Origin: a virus
Lineage: Duplodnaviria > Caudoviricetes
Virus record (IMG/VR): IMGVR_UViG_3300043244_000125
Span: 1-39,754 of that record
DNA length: 39,754 nt
Direction: 5' to 3' (one strand)
A model generated the notes under the pieces. It did no database searches. It worked only from the letters and a program-made list of their open reading frames with translations, and was not told the origin of the DNA. Both the position numbers and the translations under genes were made by a program. Shown piece by piece: positions 8,593 through 18,104 of this stretch (the stretch's first letter is position 1; each line of letters begins with the position of its first letter).

Positions 8593-9299
8593 GCGGGCTC
8601 GACGCCCAACTGGTGGCCCGCGCCCTGGTCGCGGCGGCGCGCGCGCGCGGGTTTCCGCCCGTGCGCCTGCTCGAGGCCGGGATCGCCCACGGGCGGCGCG
8701 CGAGCCTGCTCGGCGCCGCCCAAGCCCTCATGCGACACACGGGCTGCACCGCGCGCGTCGCGGCGCGGCTGTGCGCCATCCATCACGACGAAACCGATCT
8801 GCGGCGGGCTTTGTCGCCCAGCGCGTGCGCCGCGCGGGCGCCGGATCTGGCGTTCGAAGGGGCGCTCGCCGCCCTCGCGCTTCTCGCCGCGCCGCCGCCG
8901 CCCGCCGCCGCCCCCGTCGCCCCGCCGCGCCCGCGCCCGGAGCGACGCGCCGTGCCCGACTGGATGGTTCCGCGCCGCCCCCGCCACGACGACCCGCCCC
9001 TGCCCGACCTCATCCCCGAGCAGACCCCGGCCCGCATCGAAGAGGACCGCGCCGCCCGCGCCCTGCGCCGCCAGCAATGGGCCGAGCGCGGGACGGCGCG
9101 GCGGCGCGGCAAGATCGACCCGCTCCTGTCTTCGCGCGACGTCGACGCCGACCTGCGCGCGCAGATCGACCGGCTGGTCGAGGCCGGGGCGGTCACCCGC
9201 GTGCCCGACGGCCATGCGGCGGGGACGAGCGCGCTTGAAGAACAATTCTGGACGGCCGCGGCCCCGCGCGGGGACGTCGGGAAGGGAGGGCGGCCATGA
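8589..9299 (+). CDS. Hypothetical protein with Pro-rich linker
   Basis: ATGA-coupled ORF in the early operon. Confidence 0.6.
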   Translation: MSGLDAQLVARALVAAARARGFPPVRLLEAGIAHGRRASLLGAAQALMRHTGCTARVAARLCAIHHDETDLRRALSPSACAARAPDLAFEGALAALALLAAPPPPAAAPVAPPRPRPERRAVPDWMVPRRPRHDDPPLPDLIPEQTPARIEEDRAARALRRQQWAERGTARRRGKIDPLLSSRDVDADLRAQIDRLVEAGAVTRVPDGHAAGTSALEEQFWTAAAPRGDVGKGGRP

Positions 9300-9751
9300 C
9301 GCGCCGACGGATCGTCACCACGCCGCGCACCCGCCTGATCGCGTCGATCCACGCGCTCGCCCAGGATCTGGGCCTCGACGAGGACACGCGTCGCGACCTG
9401 ATGGCGCGCGAGACCGGCCTGCGCTCGGCCGCCGACATGAACGACGGGCAACTGGCCAAGGTCGTCGGCGCGCTCTCGACGATGAAGGGGGCCGCCGGCC
9501 GCGACTTCCAGCCCCATGCCGATCCCGGCGTGCGCCTCGTCCACGCGCTGTGGCGGGAAGGGCGCGGCTTGGGCGTCTTCAAGGCGGGCCGGCCCGACGG
9601 GTTCGTCGCCGCGCTCGTCGGCATCGACCGCACCGACTGGCTGCACCGCGACCGCGCGGCGCTCGACCGGGTGATCCAGACGCTGCGCGACCGGATCGCG
9701 CGCGCGAAAGACGCGGCCAAGGCGGCGCCGGCCAAGGGCGATCCGACGTGA
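9296..9751 (+). CDS. gemA: GemA (Mu gp16/DUF1018)-like protein
   Basis: LIASIHALAQDLGLDEDTRRDLMARETGLRSAADM...L.KV; position before Mor. Confidence 0.85.
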   Translation: MTRRRIVTTPRTRLIASIHALAQDLGLDEDTRRDLMARETGLRSAADMNDGQLAKVVGALSTMKGAAGRDFQPHADPGVRLVHALWREGRGLGVFKAGRPDGFVAALVGIDRTDWLHRDRAALDRVIQTLRDRIARAKDAAKAAPAKGDPT

Positions 9752-9972
9752 GCCGCCTGCACGTCTCCGACCACGCGCTCGTGCGCTTCCTCGAACGCGG
9801 CGCGGGCCTCGACGTCGAGGGCCTGCGTTCGAGCCTGCAGGCCGCGCTGCAGCGCGCGTGCGAGGCGGCCGAGGCGGTGGGCGGCCTCACGTTCAAGGTC
9901 GAGGTCGGGGACCTCGTGTTCGTGGTCGTCGACGGCGTCGTGGTGACGATCACGGGGGCTCGGAAGCGGTGA
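9748..9972 (+). CDS. Small phage protein
   Basis: VSDHALVRFLERGAGLDVE...VVDGVVVTI; GTGA overlaps. Confidence 0.7.
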   Translation: MSRLHVSDHALVRFLERGAGLDVEGLRSSLQAALQRACEAAEAVGGLTFKVEVGDLVFVVVDGVVVTITGARKR

Positions 9973-10178
9973 CCGACCCGGCCGTCCTGCGCGAGCTCGA
10001 AGCCGAATTGAACGCGGCGAGAGGGGCCCATGAGGCTGCCCTCAGGCACGTGCAATGGCTAGGGCTGTCGGGCCGGCCGGGCATCCGGGACGCGCGCAAC
10101 CGGGTGGCGCGGACCAATCTGGCGGCATTGCGCGCGCAGGACGCGCTCGACCGGGCGCGGCTGGGGATGGGGGCGTGA
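9969..10178 (+). CDS. Hypothetical helical protein
   Basis: GTGA-coupled ORF (MTDPAVLRELE...). Confidence 0.55.
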   Translation: MTDPAVLRELEAELNAARGAHEAALRHVQWLGLSGRPGIRDARNRVARTNLAALRAQDALDRARLGMGA

Positions 10179-10606
10179 GGGCGGCGCGGGCCTCGGGCGG
10201 GGACGCCGATCCCGGCGAGGGCCTGCCCCAGGTGCTGGCCATGATCGCGCGCGCGGTCGGGCGGGCGGCCGCGCTCGCCTTCGCCGACCGGTTCGGCGGC
10301 GGGGCGATCTACGTGCCGAGGCCCGAAGCGATCCGGCAGGACCACGAATGGGCGATCCTGATCGGGTTGGAGGAAGCCCGCCTGCTCGCGATCGCGCTGT
10401 CGCCCGGGGAGACGTGGCGGGTGCCGCACGGGCCGCGCGGCGCGTCGGCCATGGCGCGGGCGGAGATCCGCCGCATGCGCGCGGCCGGGGTCACGATCCG
10501 CGAGATCGCCCGCACGGTGCGGGTCGACGAGCGCACCGTCTACCGGGAACTCGCCCGGGCGCCGCGCCAGGCGCGGGACGAGGGTCAGGGGGATTTGTTC
10601 GGGTGA
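10175..10606 (+). CDS. mor: Mor/C-family transcription activator
   Basis: LPQVLAMIARAVGRAAALAFADRFGGGAIYVP plus C-terminal HTH (TIREIARTVRVDERTVYR); last early gene. Confidence 0.88.
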   Translation: MRAARASGGDADPGEGLPQVLAMIARAVGRAAALAFADRFGGGAIYVPRPEAIRQDHEWAILIGLEEARLLAIALSPGETWRVPHGPRGASAMARAEIRRMRAAGVTIREIARTVRVDERTVYRELARAPRQARDEGQGDLFG

Positions 10607-10619
10607 AGCCGATCAGCAT

Positions 10620-11516
10620 TCACCGGCCCGACAGCGTGATGAAGGCGAGCACCGCGCCGGCACACAGACCGGCGGCAAACGCCAGAAGTCTTTGACGGTT
10701 CAGCTCTGCGCGATGCGCCGCTTCCAAGGCCCTGACATTGGCCAGGTGTTCGCGCTCGGCCGACGCCTGCTTTCGAGCTTGAAGATCCATCTCGGCACGA
10801 TGAGTGGCGTTCTGTTGAAACGCCCTCGTGCGCAGGTCCCGCGCTTCGGCTTCGACGGGATCGACAACATAAGCCCGGGTCGTGATGTCCCCGAAACCCA
10901 GCGCTTCCGCGTTCTGCGAATCATACTCGGCCGCGCGCAATGGATTTCGAAGATCGTTCTCAATCGGCCCATGCCATGGCCCGAAGTCATCGTAAGCGCA
11001 GTTGCACAATGAACGATCGCAGTCGGGAAGAGGCAATTCTTTGGCCTCGTCAGGGAAGCAAACCCCATTCGCCAGCGGCAGCGCCGCGCGACAACATCCG
11101 CGAACATCGATGCGGTATCGAACCAAGCCATTGGAATCCCGCAAGCGCCGCAAAACCGAGGTTTGCATCTCGACATGCAAGGGCCACCAGACGATCGCGC
11201 CCGCCGCCGCCGTTGGATCGCGAAGCCCGGCATCGCTGAGGCAAGCCGCGAACCGGTGACCCAGCAGCCCGCCTCGGCCCGACGCGCCGGCGGCCTTTCG
11301 CTGATCGAGTGTAAGCGGGTCTCCCCACTCGCGCAGCTTGGTGAGACTGTGCTGGCCGGACCACGCGCGGTTGGCGAAAAACCAGTCGACCACTTCGTCG
11401 ATGCGGTCCGGCTTGAGCAAGGCAGCCTTCGCGTTCCGCTTGGTCAGAACCTCCGCGAGCATCGCGCGCGCGTCGCCGGCCTCCAGCCGATCCCAGATCG
11501 GCACCTCGTTCCACAT
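10620..11516 (-). CDS. Accessory (moron) protein with Cys cluster and C-terminal TM anchor
   Basis: ATG 11516 with GGAGG RBS; GCC...ELPLPDCDRSLCNCAY; hydrophobic C-terminus LLAFAAGLCAGAVLAFITL; lower GC. Confidence 0.7.
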   Translation of the reverse strand: MWNEVPIWDRLEAGDARAMLAEVLTKRNAKAALLKPDRIDEVVDWFFANRAWSGQHSLTKLREWGDPLTLDQRKAAGASGRGGLLGHRFAACLSDAGLRDPTAAAGAIVWWPLHVEMQTSVLRRLRDSNGLVRYRIDVRGCCRAALPLANGVCFPDEAKELPLPDCDRSLCNCAYDDFGPWHGPIENDLRNPLRAAEYDSQNAEALGFGDITTRAYVVDPVEAEARDLRTRAFQQNATHRAEMDLQARKQASAEREHLANVRALEAAHRAELNRQRLLAFAAGLCAGAVLAFITLSGR

Positions 11517-11545
11517 CCCCGCCTCCTTCTGAAGCGCGACGGACC

Positions 11546-11875
11546 TTACCCGGCGTTCCGGCCGCGTCCAGCGTCCGGGTCCCCACCGCGCGCGCCGGCT
11601 TGATCCCCCAACCCTTGGGCGATGCGCCGAAGCAATTGGGTCTGCTCGGCGAGCTGACCCTCGATCTTGCCGACGAGCCATGTGCCGCCCCCGATCAGGA
11701 TGCACAGGGCGGCGGGCACCGCGGCGGCGAGCATCGTCAGCCCGCCATAAACGCCACCGGCCGCCACGCCTCTTGCGGCGTTGCCCATCGTCACGGCGAG
11801 AACGATGAGCACGACGAAGGCCGCGGCGCCCAGCACGACGAACAATCCGGAAGCGACATTGATGGTCCAACGCAT
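11546..11875 (-). CDS. Accessory two-TM membrane protein
   Basis: Two long hydrophobic segments; same strand and directly upstream of 10620-11516. Confidence 0.7.
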   Translation of the reverse strand: MRWTINVASGLFVVLGAAAFVVLIVLAVTMGNAARGVAAGGVYGGLTMLAAAVPAALCILIGGGTWLVGKIEGQLAEQTQLLRRIAQGLGDQAGARGGDPDAGRGRNAG

Positions 11876-12126
11876 GACTTACCCCCAAGTTTCCGGGCAG
11901 GCTATTGGCACGCCGCGCTTCTGGCAATCCACCCCCGGGCCGACGACCTTATCGTGTCCCCTCGGCCCACGGCGGACGTTCCGCGGGCGGCCGCGCCCGT
12001 CAACGTTTGCTCAATCGATCCGATGTTGGATGCAGGGTGCCGGTCACTTCGCCACATGCCACAACCGCGCGCGGACTTGTGCAGCCACGCCGCTCCGCGC
12101 TAGTCCGAACGGGAAATGGAGGTTGG

Positions 12127-12948
12127 ATGACGTTCAAGCCCGCCAATGACGATCATGCCGTGGTGGATTGCCAGTTCGCGCTGGGCTTCGACCGGCCGTT
12201 GACCGTCGCGGAAATGAGCCGGATCCACGATGCGCGACCCCAGTGGACCGATCGACTTCCAGCTCAGGCGATCGTCGATCTCGAGCCCGGGGAAATCGTC
12301 GGGCGTCTCCCGCCCGGCACGCCACGGAAAGCCCTAACCTATAGCATCATGCGTCCTGACGGGTCCTTCGTCTGGTCGTTGCGCTGCACGCCGACCGATC
12401 TGGTCGTCCTATGCTCGCAGTACACGAGATGGGGGCCGACTTGGCGGACGGCTTTCGACCTCTTGTCCAGGGTCATAGGCTCCATCATCGGCCACGAGAA
12501 CGCCGCGGACTCGGTCAAGCCGCCGAGACGCTTTCGGTCCGCGGCCCTCTACGTCGAGGACCGGTTTTCCTCCTTCGACGGCGGGGGGCGGACCAATTCC
12601 GTTCTCAAAAGCAATGAGTGGATCGGTGACCGGTTGGGCGCCTCCAGCGAACTCTGGCACTGCAACGCCGGTTGGTTTCAGAATCACGAGTCCACCCCCT
12701 GCTTGAATCAGCTGAACGTGGCGGTCACACGAGAAGACGAGGCCAAAGCACATCATCTGCAGATCTCGCATTCGCAAGAGCTTCACCTGCTTGCCGACGG
12801 CGCGGCCGCCCTTACGATCGATGAGCAAGCTCTTTGCGCGGTCGATCGGTGGATGAACGTCCTCCATCAGTCGAACAAGAGCCTTCTAACCGACCTTCTC
12901 ACCTCCGAGATGGCCGGAACAATCAAGCTTGGCGGAGATGCGGCATGA
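12127..12948 (+). CDS. TIGR04255-like family protein
   Basis: F.PA.D.HAVVDCQFALGFD..., YTRWG..W, LYVEDRF, WHCNAGWF, LHQSNKSLL..LLT.EM...I.L; GGAGG RBS. Confidence 0.7.
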   Translation: MTFKPANDDHAVVDCQFALGFDRPLTVAEMSRIHDARPQWTDRLPAQAIVDLEPGEIVGRLPPGTPRKALTYSIMRPDGSFVWSLRCTPTDLVVLCSQYTRWGPTWRTAFDLLSRVIGSIIGHENAADSVKPPRRFRSAALYVEDRFSSFDGGGRTNSVLKSNEWIGDRLGASSELWHCNAGWFQNHESTPCLNQLNVAVTREDEAKAHHLQISHSQELHLLADGAAALTIDEQALCAVDRWMNVLHQSNKSLLTDLLTSEMAGTIKLGGDAA

Positions 12949-13727
12949 GCCTCAGCGCCACCATGGACTTTCGAGCGTTTCGTCGAGAATCGCGCCCCGC
13001 GCGCACGACTTGGACAGATGTCGAGGACATGGACCCATCCGACGGCATCTTTGACAGTGACTCGACGATGTTTCAGCCGGTCTCGATGGAGGCGAAAGCG
13101 CATGGCATCTTCGCGAACGGCACATTCGGCCAAGCGCGGCCGCGTTCATCGTCTCTAGACCCCGATCTCGGAACCAGCCGCCCATCGCAGGGCTCGGTCG
13201 TGCGATCGAAGTCGATTGCAAAGGCAGATCACCTCTCTTCGCTCGTCTTGCGGGCGTCCGACACGCTCTTCGAAACCGTCTTCCAGCTCCTCCTATCCAA
13301 GCAATTGGATGCTCCGCGAGACGCCAAGGCCGGCGAGTGGGCGGCTGCGATGCGCGAAATGCAGGAGGCGCTGGAGGCTTGGGACGATGCGGAAGATGGC
13401 AGGCGCGCCGATCAGGCGACGGTGAAGCTCGTCGAACACATCATCCCGGTGATTGCCGGAAAAGCGGTTCGCCTGCCCTACATCGACCTGCAAGACGACG
13501 GCTCGATCGCCATGCGGTGGAGGAAACGCCACCCAGCGCGCGCGGCCGTGTTTTCCGTCACGGCCACGCGCGTTACGGCGATACTGTCTCAACCCGGTTC
13601 GGACCTCGGCTTTGCCCGCTCGATCCAGTTCGATGAACCCAGTTGGCGGCGCATCGATCTCGGACGTGTGGAGAACTTCATCGGCGACACGATGGAGCTT
13701 CCGAACTTTCGAGATGTGATCGCCTGA
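12945..13727 (+). CDS. Hypothetical protein, candidate antitoxin
   Basis: ATGA-coupled; low-complexity N-terminus; C-terminal WDD..DG...LPYIDLQDDGSIAMRW domain. Confidence 0.65.
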   Translation: MSLSATMDFRAFRRESRPARTTWTDVEDMDPSDGIFDSDSTMFQPVSMEAKAHGIFANGTFGQARPRSSSLDPDLGTSRPSQGSVVRSKSIAKADHLSSLVLRASDTLFETVFQLLLSKQLDAPRDAKAGEWAAAMREMQEALEAWDDAEDGRRADQATVKLVEHIIPVIAGKAVRLPYIDLQDDGSIAMRWRKRHPARAAVFSVTATRVTAILSQPGSDLGFARSIQFDEPSWRRIDLGRVENFIGDTMELPNFRDVIA

Positions 13728-13737
13728 GGAATGTGAC

Positions 13738-14220
13738 CTGGCCCCCTGCAGACTCGAACTTGACCTGAATGCGCCGTTCAGGTCGGCGCACGGACCGGTC
13801 GCCGACGAGGAAGTCGTGTGCCGCGGCTTGTACTCGAACCACTTCAAAGGAACGCGGGTTCGACGCAATGCGGCGATCCGAAAGGACGATCTGCGCAACG
13901 GGGGTGTCAGTGTCTGGAGACTAGTGGTGGTCGCAGACGTCGCGGCCATGACCGCCAAGCTGGAAAGCGTCAATCCGCAGAATGAACTGCGCCGAACGAT
14001 ATCGTGCACGGCCGCCGAGGTCCGCGCGATCCGGTTCTCTCGCAATTCGAGCCGGTCGGTCTGCCTGGTCGATGACATCCGAACGAGCGACCCCGCGATC
14101 CCTAATCCGACGACCGACGAAGCGCACGCGGCGGCGTGTTTCTGTGCCGTCGGCGATCCAACGGAATATGATCAAGTGTTCGAAGATCTGCGCACGCTTT
14201 TCTTTCGAGACGTGGAATGA
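13738..14220 (+). CDS. Hypothetical protein, candidate toxin (ART/RES-like); probable CTG start
   Basis: Frame open from 13720; GAGGA 7 nt before CTG 13738; GPVADEEVVCR...GVSVWR...AHA. Confidence 0.6.
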   Translation: MAPCRLELDLNAPFRSAHGPVADEEVVCRGLYSNHFKGTRVRRNAAIRKDDLRNGGVSVWRLVVVADVAAMTAKLESVNPQNELRRTISCTAAEVRAIRFSRNSSRSVCLVDDIRTSDPAIPNPTTDEAHAAACFCAVGDPTEYDQVFEDLRTLFFRDVE

Positions 14221-14233
14221 GGTCCCGCCCCCT

Positions 14234-14257
14234 CCTGACACCCGCCACGCTGAAGCG
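14234..14257 (+). promoter_or_regulatory. Candidate late-promoter/activator site, copy 1
   Basis: CCTGACACCCGCCACGCTGAAGCG upstream of the lysis operon; recurs at 21648 and 26547. Confidence 0.7.
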
Positions 14258-14308
14258 CGACCATCGCGCATGACATGACCGGCTCGTCCCTTCGGCGAGG
14301 CATCCGGC

Positions 14309-14881
14309 ATGGCCCTGACCCATCCAGCACTTGCGACCACGCGCGCGAGCCCCGCCGAAGGGGCGCGACCGGACTGGATCCGGCCGCCGGCGGCGCGCCC
14401 GCCGGCGCGCGTTCCACTTCCCGAACCCCGTTTCGTCTATGCCAAGCCCAAGCGCGGGGTGGCGCGCGTCTTCCTGCATTGTTCGGCGAGCGACCGGCCC
14501 GAGCATGACGGGGTGGCGACGATGCGTCGCTGGCACATGGACCCGCCGCCGGCGGGCCGGGGCTGGGACGACGTCGGCTATCATTTCTTCATCCGCAAGG
14601 ACGGGGCCTTGCAGCGGGGGCGACCGCTGGACCGGACGCCGGCCGCACAGGCCAATCACAACACGGGCACGATCGCGATCTGCCTGCACGGTCACGACGC
14701 CGACAAGTTCACGCGCGCCCAGTTCGACACGCTCGTCGGCCTCTGTCGCCAGATCGACGCCGCCCACGGCAAGGGCGCCTTGAGCTTCCACGGCCACCGC
14801 GAGGTCGCCGCCCGGGCATGCCCGGTCTTTCCCTACGCCAAAGTCCTGAAACTCGACCGGTTCGGTCGTCTGGGAGCCTGA
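14309..14881 (+). CDS. Endolysin, N-acetylmuramoyl-L-alanine amidase (Amidase_2)
   Basis: FLHCSAS, GWDDVGYHFFI, HGHREVAARACP zinc-amidase motifs. Confidence 0.92.
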   Translation: MALTHPALATTRASPAEGARPDWIRPPAARPPARVPLPEPRFVYAKPKRGVARVFLHCSASDRPEHDGVATMRRWHMDPPPAGRGWDDVGYHFFIRKDGALQRGRPLDRTPAAQANHNTGTIAICLHGHDADKFTRAQFDTLVGLCRQIDAAHGKGALSFHGHREVAARACPVFPYAKVLKLDRFGRLGA

Positions 14882-14886
14882 CGCCC

Positions 14887-15438
14887 ATGCGCCATTTCAA
14901 TTTCGCCGCCGCCTTGCTCGTCGTGGCCGTCGCCGTAACCGTCGTCGTCGCCGGCTTCGCGCCCGCGGCCGCGCTCGCCGCCGGCACGGGCGCGCCCGCC
15001 GCGCTCACGCTCGCCCCCACGATCGTCGATCTTTCGGCGATCGTGTCCTCGGCCATCCAATTGCTGGGCGCGGTCGCCGCCGCCTTCGTCGGCAAGATGG
15101 CCCATGACGCCCATGTGCGGGCCTATCTGGGCCGGATCATCGAACATTCGGTCAAGTTCGCGGTGGAAAGCGTCGAGCATGTCGACTGGACCCGGCTGGA
15201 CGTGCGCAACGCGCTGGTCGCGGCGGCCGCCAATTACGTGATCCAGTCGGCGCCCAAGGCGCTGCGCACCTTCGGCATCGATCGGAACCGCCTGGAGCGG
15301 ATGGTGCTGGCGCGCCTGTTCGATCTGGACGGCCGGCCCGGCCGCTGGGATCCGGACGCGGACGGTGACGGGGATGGGGCCGGCGGGCGCGCCTTCGCCG
15401 ATGTGGCGGCCGATCGCGCGCGGCCCGCCGCGCCGTGA
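14887..15438 (+). CDS. Holin-like membrane protein
   Basis: Hydrophobic N-terminal helices followed by a soluble helical domain; directly after the endolysin. Confidence 0.6.
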   Translation: MRHFNFAAALLVVAVAVTVVVAGFAPAAALAAGTGAPAALTLAPTIVDLSAIVSSAIQLLGAVAAAFVGKMAHDAHVRAYLGRIIEHSVKFAVESVEHVDWTRLDVRNALVAAAANYVIQSAPKALRTFGIDRNRLERMVLARLFDLDGRPGRWDPDADGDGDGAGGRAFADVAADRARPAAP

Positions 15439-15725
15439 GCGACGGCCTGGTCGTGGAGCCGGCGATCGTCGCGGTCGTGTGCGCGCTGGCTTCGGTGGTG
15501 ATCGCGGCGTGGTCGGCCAGCCGCGCGGGCCGGTGGCGCGACAGCGACGAAGCTCGCGCCGTGGACGCGCGCCTGGGGAAGCTCGAGATGGATCGCACCG
15601 CCAGCGACGGCCGCATCCGCGTGCTCGAAACCCGCGTCGACGGGGAAGTGGTGCGACTGGACGGCCTGATCGACCGGCTGGAGCTGGCGGTCCGCCGCGT
15701 CGAAGACATGTCGAGAGGCTCGTGA
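15435..15725 (+). CDS. TM plus coiled-coil protein (Mu gp25/DUF2730-like position)
   Basis: N-terminal TM, heptad-rich C-terminus, synteny. Confidence 0.6.
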   Translation: MSDGLVVEPAIVAVVCALASVVIAAWSASRAGRWRDSDEARAVDARLGKLEMDRTASDGRIRVLETRVDGEVVRLDGLIDRLELAVRRVEDMSRGS

Positions 15726-15726
15726 C

Positions 15727-16038
15727 GTGACCCTGAGCAAGCGCGAGATCTGGCACGGCCATTTGCGGCTGACGCTGCTGCAACTCCTGGCCAAGCTGCC
15801 GGGCTTCCGCGCCAACAGTTCGATCCTGAGCGACGCCGCCGACGCCTCGGCCGGCTTCGTGGTGACGCACGATCAGACGCGCACGGAACTGGCGTGGCTC
15901 GCCGAACAGGGCCTCGTCACGCTGGACGAACTCGTCCCCGGCCTGTCGATCGCGACCTTGAGCGAGCGCGGCGGGGAAGTGGCGGCCGGCCGCGCCGCCG
16001 TGCCGGGCGTCCGACGTCCGTCGCCGGGATCGGGCTGA
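15727..16038 (+). CDS. Mu gp26-like winged-helix protein
   Basis: RLTLLQLL...ANSSIL...ELAWLAEQGLV...ATLSERG.EVA.G....PGV.RPSP. Confidence 0.85.
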   Translation: MTLSKREIWHGHLRLTLLQLLAKLPGFRANSSILSDAADASAGFVVTHDQTRTELAWLAEQGLVTLDELVPGLSIATLSERGGEVAAGRAAVPGVRRPSPGSG

Positions 16039-16565
16039 TGGGCCGCCGGGGGTTTGCGACCCGGTTGCCGCGCGAGCTGCGCGAGGAGCTCGACCGGCAG
16101 ATCGTCGACGGTCGTCTCACGATCACCGAACTCAAGGATTGGCTCGCCGATCGCGGCGTCGACGCTTCGCGCTCGGCGGTCGGCCGACACGTCCAGTCGG
16201 TCGAGGAGATCGCCACGGAGATGCGCAAGGCCCGCGAGGTCGCCGGTGCGCTGAAGGTCGAGCTCGGCGATCAGGCCGACGGGACGATCGGACAGGCCCT
16301 GATCGAGGTCGCCCAGAACGTCGTCTTCCGCGCCGCGCTGCCGCTGATGCAGGGCCACGAACTGGGGCTCGAAGATCTGCACTTCCTCGCGCGCGCCGCC
16401 AAGGATTTGGCGTCGGCCCAGAAGACGGACGCCGATCGCGCCCGCAAGCTGCGCGAAGAGGCGCTTCAAGCCGGCGCGAAGGCGGCCGAAGGCGTGGCCA
16501 AGGCCCGGGGCCTGACGGCCGAGACGGTCGCCGAGATCAAGCGCGCCGTCCTCGGCGTGGCCTGA
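16038..16565 (+). CDS. Mu gp27/DUF3486 protein (terminase small subunit)
   Basis: RLPRELREEL...WL...G...SRSAVGRH...GLTAETVAEIKRAVLG; precedes TerL. Confidence 0.88.
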   Translation: MGRRGFATRLPRELREELDRQIVDGRLTITELKDWLADRGVDASRSAVGRHVQSVEEIATEMRKAREVAGALKVELGDQADGTIGQALIEVAQNVVFRAALPLMQGHELGLEDLHFLARAAKDLASAQKTDADRARKLREEALQAGAKAAEGVAKARGLTAETVAEIKRAVLGVA

Positions 16566-16574
16566 AGCGCGTCG

Positions 16575-18104
16575 ATGACACGCCGCCCGCCGCCCGCCCG
16601 CGCCGCCCCGGCGCCCGAGGATCGCGGCGCCGACACCCATCCGGCGGGCATGGCGCCGGCGTTCGCGCTCGCCGCGCCGGAGCTTCCCGACCTTCCCAAG
16701 GGCGACTTGCTGCTCGGCTATCAGCAACGCGCGATCGCCGCGATGGCGACCACGGGTCTGCTCGTGATCGAGAAGAGCCGACGCATCGGCCTGACTTGGG
16801 GGCTCGCCGCGGCCGCGGCGCTCACGGCGGCGGCGTCGCGCGGGGCCGAGGGCGGGATGGACGTCTGGTACATGGGCACCGAAATGCAGATGGCGCGGGA
16901 GTTCATCCGCGACGTCGGCATGTGGGCGCGCGCCTTCGGCCTCGTCTCGGAAGACGAAGGCGAGCGCGTGCTCGACGATTCCGATCAGGACGTGCGCGCC
17001 TTCAGCGTCCGGTTCGCCTCGGGCTTCCGGGTCACCGCGATCCCGAGCGTGCCGCGCGCGCTGCGCGGCCGGCAAGGGCTCGTGCTGGTCGACGAGGCCG
17101 CCTTCCACGCCGACATCGACGAGGTGCTCAAAGCGGCCATGGCGCTCCTGATCTGGGGCGGCCGCGTCGTCGTGGTCAGCACGCACGACGGGATCGACAA
17201 TCCGTTCAACGCGCTGATCGAGGAGGTCCGCACCGGACGCCGCGCCGGCCGGGTGATGACCATCACCTGGTCGGACGCGATGGCCGACGGCTTCTACGAA
17301 CGCGTGATGCTGCGGACCGGCGAGCCCGCGACCCCCGAGGGCAAGATCGCCTGGGAAGCGCGCATCCGCTCCTTCTACACCGAGGAGCAGGCGGCCGAGG
17401 AACTCGACGTCATCCCGCGCGCCCATGGCGGCAGCTGGCTCGACCCGACGATGCTGGCGGCGTGCGGTCACCCGGAGGCGGGTCTGCCGATCCATTACGG
17501 CGGCGGCCTCACCTACATCGGACGCGACGTGGCGCGCCGGCGCGACTTCTCGGTGATCGCGGCGCTGGAGCTCTGCGGCCCGGTGCTGTGGGAGCGCGAG
17601 CGCTATGAGGCGGTCGGCGCGACCTTCGCGCATCAGGACGCGGCGATGGACGCGATGTTCGCCCGCTACCGCGTGGCGCGCGCCAAGATCGACCAGACCG
17701 GCATGGGCGAGAAAGTGGTCGAGGACGCCCAGGGCCGTCACGGGTCCCTGCGCGTCGAGGGCGTGCTGTTCAGCGCCCAGCGCAAGCTGTCGCTCGCCAC
17801 GGCGCTGCGGGCGCGCGTCGAGGCAGGGACGATCCGCATGCGCCTCGACGCCGAGACGCGGCGCGACCTCCTGGCCGTCAAGCGCGCGGGCAAGAGCGCC
17901 GGGGCGCTGGCCGAAGGGTCGGTGCACCCCGATCGGTTCTGGGCGCTCGCGCTCGCGTGCGAGGCGGCCGACGAGGGGTTCGTGGATCTGAGCGCCATCC
18001 AGACGACGGGGGCGCGGGCCGGCGCGCCGGGCGCGGGCGGCGGCGCGGGCCACGATCCCTGGGCGGGGTTTCAGGGCGCCGGGCTCGACGCGCGGGGGTT
18101 CTGA
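16575..18104 (+). CDS. terL: Terminase large subunit (Mu gp28-like)
   Basis: EKSRRIGLTW, LVDEAAFH, GRDVARRRDFSV, HPDRFWALALA. Confidence 0.95.
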   Translation: MTRRPPPARAAPAPEDRGADTHPAGMAPAFALAAPELPDLPKGDLLLGYQQRAIAAMATTGLLVIEKSRRIGLTWGLAAAAALTAAASRGAEGGMDVWYMGTEMQMAREFIRDVGMWARAFGLVSEDEGERVLDDSDQDVRAFSVRFASGFRVTAIPSVPRALRGRQGLVLVDEAAFHADIDEVLKAAMALLIWGGRVVVVSTHDGIDNPFNALIEEVRTGRRAGRVMTITWSDAMADGFYERVMLRTGEPATPEGKIAWEARIRSFYTEEQAAEELDVIPRAHGGSWLDPTMLAACGHPEAGLPIHYGGGLTYIGRDVARRRDFSVIAALELCGPVLWERERYEAVGATFAHQDAAMDAMFARYRVARAKIDQTGMGEKVVEDAQGRHGSLRVEGVLFSAQRKLSLATALRARVEAGTIRMRLDAETRRDLLAVKRAGKSAGALAEGSVHPDRFWALALACEAADEGFVDLSAIQTTGARAGAPGAGGGAGHDPWAGFQGAGLDARGF

